Source: Candidatus Omnitrophota bacterium (GTDB lineage Bacteria; Omnitrophota; Omnitrophia; Omnitrophales; Aquincolibacteriaceae). From it: a stretch of 64,000 nt of DNA. The first letter of the stretch is position 1; every line of letters begins with the position of its first letter. This document shows, piece after piece, positions 57,088 to 64,000 of this stretch. The stretch lies in the NCBI GenBank assembly GCA_035368605.1, contig DAOSLF010000002.1, positions 12,023 through 76,022 of the forward strand. The letters are read 5' to 3'. The notes under the pieces are model-generated. The model did no database searches. It saw nothing but the letters and a program-made list of their open reading frames with translations, and was not told the DNA's origin. A program made the translations under genes and the position numbers.

Positions 57088-57159
57088 AATTCCGGACGTT
57101 TGACATCCTCGCCGCGGGTCATCCCGTGAGCGATCCGGATGCCGGGCGGGCCTGATCCC

Positions 57160-58773
57160 TCAAAGACGGACGTCTATTTTCCTTCGGGACGCGGACGCCG
57201 AACCCCGTTTCGGTTCCTGACACAGTTTGTTCAGGGCAAAAAGATATGCGCGGACGCTCGCCTCGATGACGTCGGTGCTCGTACCGCGGCCGGAAACTTC
57301 TTTCGTCCCGACCACGAGCTTCACCACCACATCGCCGAGCGCGTCCTTGCCGCCCGTCACGGACTGCAGGCCATAGTGGGCAACCTGGGCGCCGGAGCGG
57401 ACGACCGTTTCGATCGCCTTATAACACGCTTCGACGGGACCGTCCCCGGTGGAACTCGCCTCGCTCACCTGTCCCTGATAGGAAAGCCGGATCGTGGCGG
57501 ATGGTTTCTGCCCCGTTTCGGAGACGACCTTCATGGAAACGAGCTTCCACGTCTCCGGGACCTGGGCGATCTGGTTCTGCAGGATCGCTTCGATGTCCTC
57601 GTCAAAAATATACTTTTTCTTGTCCGCGAGCGTCTTGAACTTCACGAAGGCGGCATCGATCTCCGCCGCGGACAGATTAAACCCGAGTTTTTTCACGCGC
57701 ACCGCGAACGCGTGCTTCCCGGAAAGCTTGCCCAGCATCAGCTGATTTCCCGAGAGACCGATCTTCTTCGGATTCATGATCTCGTAGGTCTGGCGCTTCT
57801 TGAGAATCCCGTCCTGATGGATACCGGAGGCGTGCCAGAAGGCGTTCCTCCCGACGATCGCCTTGTTCGGCTGGACGACCATGCCCGTCAGATGCGACAC
57901 AAGACGCGAGGACTTCGTAATCTCGGACAGCTTGATATCCGTGTAACAACCCATGAAATCCCGGCGCGTGTTGAGGATCATCGCGATCTCTTCGACCGAC
58001 GCGTTGCCGGCCCGCTCGCCGATCCCGTTCACGGTGCACTCGATCTGGTTCGCGCCGGCCAGCACGGCGGCGATCGAGTTCGCGGTCGCAAGACCGAGAT
58101 CGTTGTGGCAGTGGACCGAAAGCACGATCTGCTTGCCAAGCGCGGGGTTCTTCCTGATCAGGAGCCGGATGAGGTCCGAGAACTCCTCGGGGATCGCGTA
58201 GCCGACGGTATCGGGGATATTGATCGAGGTTGCTCCCGCGTCGATCGCGGCGCGGACGACATCGACGAGAAAATCCCGTTCCGTGCGCGATGCGTCCTCG
58301 GGAGAGAACTCGACCTGACGGAAATCCTTCCTGGCGGAGCGGATGTTCTTCACCGCCATCTCGATGATCTCGCGTTTGCCCTTCTTGAGCTTGAATTCCC
58401 GGTGAATCTGCGATGTCGCGAGGAAGACATGAATCCGTTTTTTCGCCGCCCCTTCGAGTGCACTCCGGCAGGCGTCGATATCCCGCGGAATCATGCGGGA
58501 AAGACCGCAGATCACGGGTTTCCTCACGTGCTCCGCGATCATGGCGACCGCCCTCATCTCACCTTCCGAGGAGGCGGGGAACCCCGCCTCGATCACATCG
58601 ACGTTCAGGCACTCGAGCTGCTTCGCGATCTTGAGCTTCTCTTCGGGCAGGAGGGACGCGCCCGGCGATTGCTCGCCGTCCCGGAGCGTCGTGTCGAATA
58701 TGTATATTTTCCGTTCTGGTTTCATGACGTCAGGCCGTACTGTTCCGGATACACGCCGCAAGCCGCGGACCAC
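57160..58773 (-). CDS. leuA: 2-isopropylmalate synthase / (R)-citramalate synthase family (LeuA/CimA)
   Basis: 537 aa. IFDTTLRDGEQSPGASL HMGL-like catalytic motif and a C-terminal LeuA dimerisation/regulatory domain. Confidence 0.8.
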   Translation of the reverse strand: MVRGLRRVSGTVRPDVMKPERKIYIFDTTLRDGEQSPGASLLPEEKLKIAKQLECLNVDVIEAGFPASSEGEMRAVAMIAEHVRKPVICGLSRMIPRDIDACRSALEGAAKKRIHVFLATSQIHREFKLKKGKREIIEMAVKNIRSARKDFRQVEFSPEDASRTERDFLVDVVRAAIDAGATSINIPDTVGYAIPEEFSDLIRLLIRKNPALGKQIVLSVHCHNDLGLATANSIAAVLAGANQIECTVNGIGERAGNASVEEIAMILNTRRDFMGCYTDIKLSEITKSSRLVSHLTGMVVQPNKAIVGRNAFWHASGIHQDGILKKRQTYEIMNPKKIGLSGNQLMLGKLSGKHAFAVRVKKLGFNLSAAEIDAAFVKFKTLADKKKYIFDEDIEAILQNQIAQVPETWKLVSMKVVSETGQKPSATIRLSYQGQVSEASSTGDGPVEACYKAIETVVRSGAQVAHYGLQSVTGGKDALGDVVVKLVVGTKEVSGRGTSTDVIEASVRAYLFALNKLCQEPKRGSASASRRKIDVRL

Positions 58774-58828
58774 ACGAAATTCGTCCTGTCTCTCTTGTGG
58801 CCTTGCGGCTTTGCGGCTCGGTTATCTG

Positions 58829-59827
58829 TTACTTCTTGTTGATGAAATCCATCATTTTGCGGAGGCGTTCTCCGACATTTTCGATCTTGTGCTTTTCGCA
58901 GGTCGCACGCATTTTCTTGAAGTTCGGACGGCCCTTCCGGTTCTCGCCGATCCATTCCTTCGCGAACTTTCCGTTCACGACCTCCTTGAGGATCTTCTTC
59001 ATCTCCTTGCGCGTGGATTTCGTGATCACGCGGGGGCCGCGGCTGTAACCGCCGTACTCGGCCGTGTCGGAAACGCGTTTGTACATACCGCTGATCCCGG
59101 ACACAAACATCGCGTCCACGATCAGCTTCACTTCGTGGAGACATTCGAAATACGCCATCTCGGGCTGATAGCCGGCTTCCACGAGCGTGTCGAACCCCGC
59201 CGTGATGAGCTCGCTCAGGCCGCCGCAGAGAACCGCCTGTTCTCCGAAGAGGTCCGTTTCGGTCTCTTCCTTGAATGTTGTTTCAATCACGCCGGCGCGC
59301 GTCCCGCCGATCGCCTTCGCGTACGCAAGTCCGATCTTGAGCGCTTTACCGCTCGGGTTCTGCTGGACCGCCACGAGACACGGCACGCCGCCGCCTTCGA
59401 CGAACTGGGAGCGCACGAGCGAACCCGGGCCCTTCGGGGCGACCATAAACACGTCGATATTCGACGCGGGCTTGATGTACTTGAAATGGATGTTGAACCC
59501 GTGCGAGAAACAAAGCGCCTTGCCGGCCTTCAGATTCGGGGCAATGTGTTTCTCATAGATCTCGGCCTGAAGGTGGTCCTGGGTCAGGATCTGGATGATA
59601 TCGGCCTGCTTCGCCGCGTCGGCCGCGGAGACCGGCTTGAAACCGTCCTTGATCGCCATGTCATAGTTGGGCGTCCCCTGGAGCTCCGAGACGAGAACAT
59701 CGACGCCCGAGTCCCTGAGGTTCAGCCCCTGTCCGCGGCCCTGGATGCCGTAGCCAATGATGGCGACTTTCTTGCCTTTGAGAAGATTGAGGTCCGCATC
59801 CTTGTCGTAATAAATCTTGACTGCCAT
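58829..59827 (-). CDS. ilvC: Ketol-acid reductoisomerase
   Basis: [41 protein letters not shown]. Start at the internal ATG (59825-59827); the longer frame would overlap ilvH. Confidence 0.9.
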   Translation of the reverse strand: MAVKIYYDKDADLNLLKGKKVAIIGYGIQGRGQGLNLRDSGVDVLVSELQGTPNYDMAIKDGFKPVSAADAAKQADIIQILTQDHLQAEIYEKHIAPNLKAGKALCFSHGFNIHFKYIKPASNIDVFMVAPKGPGSLVRSQFVEGGGVPCLVAVQQNPSGKALKIGLAYAKAIGGTRAGVIETTFKEETETDLFGEQAVLCGGLSELITAGFDTLVEAGYQPEMAYFECLHEVKLIVDAMFVSGISGMYKRVSDTAEYGGYSRGPRVITKSTRKEMKKILKEVVNGKFAKEWIGENRKGRPNFKKMRATCEKHKIENVGERLRKMMDFINKK

Positions 59828-59861
59828 GTCTGTTTTCCTTTCTGGTTGTGAATAAAAAGCG

Positions 59862-60404
59862 TTACTTTTTCCCGGAAGCTTTTTTCGACCGGGATTTGCC
59901 CGCGGCTTTCTTGGACGGCGCCTTGAGCTCATGACGCCGCGCCATCGCGATCTGTCCCGTCCGCACCACTTCGCGAAGATCGAACGGTTTCAGAAGCTCG
60001 AGCATCGCGTCGATCTTGCCTTCGCTGCCCGTCACCTCAATCGTCATGGTCTCGGGGCTCACGTCCACGATCTTCCCGCGGAACGTGTTCACGACGTGCA
60101 TGATGTCGTTCCGGTTCGTCGCGTTGGCGCTGAGCTTGATCAACACGAGCTCGCGTTCGATCACATCCTTGTCGGTGACATCCTCGACGCAAATCACATC
60201 AACAAGCTTGCTGAGCTGTTTCATGATCTGGTCGATCACGCGGGCGTCTCCCTGCGCAATCACGGTCATCCGCGAAACCTCGGGATCGTGGGTCTCCCCG
60301 ACCGCGAGGCTGTCGATGTTGAAGCCGCGCGCGGAAAAAAGCCCCGCGACGCGCGCGAGCACGCCGAAATGGTTTTCCACGAGAACCGAAATAGTGTGTT
60401 TCAT
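59862..60404 (-). CDS. ilvH: Acetolactate synthase small (regulatory) subunit
   Basis: [35 protein letters not shown], an ACT domain. Confidence 0.9.
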   Translation of the reverse strand: MKHTISVLVENHFGVLARVAGLFSARGFNIDSLAVGETHDPEVSRMTVIAQGDARVIDQIMKQLSKLVDVICVEDVTDKDVIERELVLIKLSANATNRNDIMHVVNTFRGKIVDVSPETMTIEVTGSEGKIDAMLELLKPFDLREVVRTGQIAMARRHELKAPSKKAAGKSRSKKASGKK

Positions 60405-60488
60405 GTTCGTTATCCTTTCAGTGATAGGGGACAAGCGGCAACGGCAAGTTTTTACTTACCACTTATAACTTACCGCCCACAACTGCAT

Positions 60489-62174
60489 TCAGGCCATATC
60501 CATGATCTGGTCGAGCGCGTTGCCGGCCGGCACCATCGGATAAACGTTCGATTCCGGCACCACCTTGCAATGCACCACAGCGGGCCCCTTGTGTTTGAGG
60601 GCCTTTTGGATCACGGGGATCACGTCTTTTTTCTTCCTCACCTCCAGGGCAAGGATCCCGTACGCCTTCACGAGCTTCACGAAATCGGGATTCGTCGGAC
60701 CGATCACGGACCCCGAATAGCGGCGTTTGTAAAAAAGTTCCTGCCACTGCCGAACCATCCCGTAATAACCGTTGTCCATCACGAACACCTTCACGGGGAC
60801 CTTGTTGTAGGCCGCGGTCGCGAGCTCCGTCATCGTCATCTGGAACGAACCGTCCCCTTCGATGCAAACCACGTTCGCCCCGGGGCACGCGATCTGCGCG
60901 CCGATCGAGGCAGGGAACCCGTACCCCATCGTGCCAAGGCCGCCGGAGGTGAGCATCGTGCGGGGCCGCTTGAACTTGTACCACTGGGCCGTCCACATCT
61001 GATGCTGACCGACCCCCGTGACCACGATCGCCTCGTGGCGCGTCTGCTCGCCGAGCTGTTCAATCACGTATTCCTGCAACACCTTCGAACTATCACGGTT
61101 GTATTTCATCGGATACTTCCGCTTCCACTCCGCGACCTGATCGAGCCACGGTTTTATCCTTGCGCGTTTATCGCCCACAAGCTTCAGCAGTCGCATCATC
61201 GCCGTCTTCACGTCGCTCACGACCGGCACGTGCGCGCGCACGGTCTTCGAGATCGACGACGGATCAATGTCGATATGAATGATCTTTGCGTTCGGGGCGA
61301 ACTTCGAGACATTCCCCGTCACGCGGTCGTCAAAACGCGCGCCCACACCGACCAGGACATCCGCGTTCTGCACCGCGTAGTTCGCGTAGTGCGTCCCGTG
61401 CATGCCAAGCATCCGGAGCGAGAGCGGGTGCGTCTCCGGAAAGATACCGAGCCCGAGGATCGTCGTCGTGATCGGAATTCCGGTCTTTTCGACGAACGCG
61501 CGGACCTCTTTCGAAGCCCCCGAAATGATCGCGCCGCCGCCGACGTACAGAACCGGCCGCTTGCTGTGGCGGATCAGTTCCGCCGCCTTGCGGAGTTGTT
61601 TCGGCGCGTCCGGATCCGTCAGATCGGGACGATAGGCGCGGATGAAGACCTTTTCCGGCCATTTGAATTCCGCGCGCGCGCGGCTCACGTCCACGGGAAA
61701 ATCGATCAGCACGGGGCCGGGGCGCCCGGTTGTCGCGATATAGAATGCCTCCCGCACCGTCCGTGCGATATCCTTGACGTCCTTGATCAAAAAATTATGC
61801 TTCGTGATCGGACGCGTGATGCCAACAATGTCGACCTCCTGGAAGGCATCGCTCCCGATCGCGTTGGACACAACCTGCCCGGTAATGCAGACCATCGGCA
61901 CGCAGTCCATGTACGCGGTCGCGAGGCCCGTGACCGTGTTCGTTGCCGCGGGACCGGACGTCACGACACAGACGCCGGGGCGACCGCTCGCGCGGGCGTA
62001 ACCGTCCGCCATGTGCGCGGCGCCCTGCTCGTGCTTCGTGAGGATCAGTTTGATCTTCGAGTCGTAGAGAACGTCGTAGGTCGGGAGAATCACTCCGCCG
62101 GGAAGACCGAAGATGTGTTTCACGCCTTCCATTTCAAGGCTTTTAACGAGTATCTGCGCGCCAGTGAGTTCCAT
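60489..62174 (-). CDS. ilvB: Acetolactate synthase large subunit
   Basis: 561 aa, a ThDP-dependent enzyme with typical IlvB motifs (GLPGGVILPTYD, IEGDGSFQMT). Confidence 0.95.
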   Translation of the reverse strand: MELTGAQILVKSLEMEGVKHIFGLPGGVILPTYDVLYDSKIKLILTKHEQGAAHMADGYARASGRPGVCVVTSGPAATNTVTGLATAYMDCVPMVCITGQVVSNAIGSDAFQEVDIVGITRPITKHNFLIKDVKDIARTVREAFYIATTGRPGPVLIDFPVDVSRARAEFKWPEKVFIRAYRPDLTDPDAPKQLRKAAELIRHSKRPVLYVGGGAIISGASKEVRAFVEKTGIPITTTILGLGIFPETHPLSLRMLGMHGTHYANYAVQNADVLVGVGARFDDRVTGNVSKFAPNAKIIHIDIDPSSISKTVRAHVPVVSDVKTAMMRLLKLVGDKRARIKPWLDQVAEWKRKYPMKYNRDSSKVLQEYVIEQLGEQTRHEAIVVTGVGQHQMWTAQWYKFKRPRTMLTSGGLGTMGYGFPASIGAQIACPGANVVCIEGDGSFQMTMTELATAAYNKVPVKVFVMDNGYYGMVRQWQELFYKRRYSGSVIGPTNPDFVKLVKAYGILALEVRKKKDVIPVIQKALKHKGPAVVHCKVVPESNVYPMVPAGNALDQIMDMA

Positions 62175-62197
62175 AATCGCCTGTTTTTCCGGGATGG

Positions 62198-63088
62198 TTA
62201 AACCGTGAAGAAATCCTTTATGCCTTTTTTGAGCTTCGACTTGAAACCTTTTTTGCCCTTTTCGACAACAGCCCCGAAACGCTGGCTGGTGGTTTCAAGC
62301 CACGCGTACGTCTCTTTCTTGAATTCGGACGTATTGAAACCCGCCGCGTCGGGGACATCCACGACCTTGAGCGGATACCCTTTCATCTGAAGCTTGTCGA
62401 GCCATTCCTGGTTCTTCGCCTTCACCTCGGCCTGGTCGGCCCGGAACGCCGCGATAAACGGAACCTGTTTTTCCGGATTCGGGCTCGGACGCATCAGTAT
62501 CGCGAATGAACTGGACCACGCCTGTCCGATCAGAGCGGCCCCCGAAAATTCGGCCGGGTACCGCATGGCCAGATAAGCGGCATATTGGGCGCCTGAATCC
62601 CGCCCGACGAGGAAGACTCTCTTTTGGTCGACAGGGAACCGGGCGAGAACATCCTTCTTGATCTGCAGCAGCCAGACATCGAGGTTCGTCGGCACGTCAT
62701 CGTCCTCCGTCCACAGCCCCTCGGTCGAAAGCACAAAAAACATCTCGCGGTCCGCAAGCCCCCTGAAGTATTCGATCCCCTCCTCTGCTTTCGCGCCTTC
62801 GGACGGCGCAACCATTATCATCGCGTAAGAACGGTCCGCCCGGTATCCTTTCGGCGCGTAGAGATAAACCGGGTATTTGTAGTCCGCAATCGCAAGAAGC
62901 CCCGAAGGAAACGGATCGCTGGCCTCGCCTGCAGACACATTCGCGGACACGGCCTGCCCCTGCCCGGGAGCATTCGCTTGGTCCGGGGTGGAAAATTCCA
63001 CCAGTTCCCGCGAAAATGCGGGTACCGGATTCAAAACACAGCAAACGATAAAAAACGGGACAAAAAATCTCTTTTGCATACGCCACAT
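62198..63088 (-). CDS. Secreted alpha/beta-hydrolase (esterase-like), first gene of the ilv transcription unit
   Basis: 296 aa with an N-terminal signal peptide (MQKRFFVPFFIVCCVLNPVPAFS). An esterase/dienelactone-hydrolase-like core with a GRDSG serine-nucleophile elbow. Confidence 0.5.
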   Translation of the reverse strand: MWRMQKRFFVPFFIVCCVLNPVPAFSRELVEFSTPDQANAPGQGQAVSANVSAGEASDPFPSGLLAIADYKYPVYLYAPKGYRADRSYAMIMVAPSEGAKAEEGIEYFRGLADREMFFVLSTEGLWTEDDDVPTNLDVWLLQIKKDVLARFPVDQKRVFLVGRDSGAQYAAYLAMRYPAEFSGAALIGQAWSSSFAILMRPSPNPEKQVPFIAAFRADQAEVKAKNQEWLDKLQMKGYPLKVVDVPDAAGFNTSEFKKETYAWLETTSQRFGAVVEKGKKGFKSKLKKGIKDFFTV

Positions 63089-63152
63089 AAGAATAGCCTT
63101 TGATCTCGCGGAGGTTTAGGTGATGTAAGTGCCTGAAACCAAAGAAGTTATT

Positions 63153-63180
63153 ATTATATCGATTCAATTTATGATGTCAA
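63153..63180 (-). promoter_or_regulatory. Near-consensus sigma70 promoter (TTGACA-N16-TATAAT) driving the hydrolase-ilvBHC-leuA unit
   Basis: On the - strand: -35 TTGACA (63175-63180) and -10 TATAAT (63153-63158), within an AT-rich island ~65 nt upstream of the hydrolase ATG. Confidence 0.45.
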
Positions 63181-63197
63181 AGGCAGAGTACCCTGAA

Positions 63198-63230
63198 ATC
63201 CCGGGTATATTGAGACCCGGGATGCTTTTT
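63198..63230 (+). terminator. Hairpin with a T-tract, terminator-like on the + strand (ATCCCGGGT-loop-ACCCGGGAT-GCTTTTT); it lies immediately upstream of the -35 element on the - strand
   Basis: Perfect 9-bp stem with an 8-nt loop (verified). The U tract follows only in the + orientation. On the - strand it would act as a stem-loop after ftsB without a U tract. Confidence 0.35.
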
Positions 63231-63296
63231 CGCAACCTGTTGACCGGACACAAGTTGCAATGGCCACACGCAACACGCAAGCACTCCGATAGAGGC

Positions 63297-63742
63297 TCAG
63301 GTCCGTTTGGCGGATGTGTTCCTGGATGACGGGGCCCGGACTTTTCGGGAACTTCCGGATTTCGAAGTCGCGGTCGGCGTCCTGGTATCGGGAGCGGGGG
63401 CGGTTACAGCAACGGTTGTCGTCGCGGGTTTGGGATCTTCCGCGACCGCGACGGGGCCAGTTGAGTTTTTCCGGGTCACGAGATCGTAGATGACCTCACC
63501 CGGTTTCACGAAACCGAGCTCCTCGCGGATGACCTTTTCCAGATACGCGACATCGTTCTGGAGAAGGTATTTTTCATCCGTGAGCAACTTGATCTGGGAA
63601 TCGATTTCCCCGATCCGTCTGGAAAGCCTCTCCTCTTCCTGCTTCAGTTCGTGGTACCGCGAAAAAGACGGCAGGTAAATCCAGCACAGGACCAGCAGGA
63701 CCGCCAGGGCCGCCGCAAAAAAAACGAGGAAACGCTTCAGCA

Positions 63743-63743
<1 letters not shown>
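63297..63743 (-). CDS. ftsB: Cell division protein FtsB (septum formation initiator family) with a Pro/Thr-rich C-terminal tail
   Basis: N-terminal TM, a coiled-coil, and a conserved segment (NDVAYLEKVIREELGFVKPGEVIY). ATG overlaps the eno stop by 1 nt. Confidence 0.7.

Positions 63744-64000
<257 letters not shown>

Noticed and set aside
57139-62201. Long + strand ORFs 57139..58842 (567 aa) and 59931..62201 (756 aa)
   Set aside because: Antisense to leuA and ilvBHC, whose identities are unambiguous. These are GC-driven open frames.

Overview
This is a high-GC (~62%) bacterial chromosomal segment, probably from a Gram-negative anaerobe or microaerophile of uncertain lineage. Two blocks are present.

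(1) Positions 1-9672, + strand: the distal part of an 11-subunit respiratory complex I operon, nuoB(partial)-C-D-I-H-J-K-L-M-N. There is no nuoE/F/G NADH-dehydrogenase module, and nuoI precedes nuoH. The operon ends at a bidirectional intrinsic terminator.

(2) Positions 9787-64000, - strand: about 54 kb of uninterrupted co-directional genes, many with 1-4 nt start/stop overlaps. Reading 5' to 3' on the - strand, it contains:
- eno(partial)-ftsB;
- a secreted alpha/beta hydrolase followed by ilvB-ilvH-ilvC-leuA/cimA;
- aroE-pilD-aroC-aroK-aroB, with the prepilin peptidase embedded in the shikimate operon;
- dprA, an RDD protein, a hypothetical gene and topA; then xerC/D;
- a large lipid A / Kdo / LPS-core locus: waaA, lpxK, an LpxL-ELM1 fusion, a GT4-GT9 fusion, four more GT9 heptosyltransferase-like genes, DUF3108, an FmdB zinc-ribbon gene, DUF1846, the hldE kinase domain, kdsB, pyrG, kdsA, kdsD, a second LpxL, an LptC/A-like gene and lptB;
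- hpf-ptsN-yvcK-ptsH-ptsI, i.e. the rpoN neighbourhood without rpoN;
- PGI/PMI, an NDP-sugar nucleotidyltransferase, metK and ahcY;
- an ABC-F ATPase translationally coupled to a Rho factor that lacks its entire N-terminal RNA-binding domain (replaced by an RG/YG-rich tail);
- a small HeH-like ORF, a DUF4126 membrane protein, an RluA-family pseudouridine synthase and an RG-rich coiled-coil ORF.

I saw no rRNA, tRNA, CRISPR array or obvious IS element. The other long ORFs in the six-frame track are GC-rich shadow frames on the opposite strand or in other frames of these genes.

The most unusual features are the N-terminal-domain-less Rho coupled to ABC-F, the five GT9 domains in tandem with a 47-bp palindrome in a coding junction, the LpxL-ELM1 and GT4-GT9 fusions, a prepilin peptidase with a ~110-aa insertion, and a 16-bp AT-rich inverted repeat upstream of dprA.
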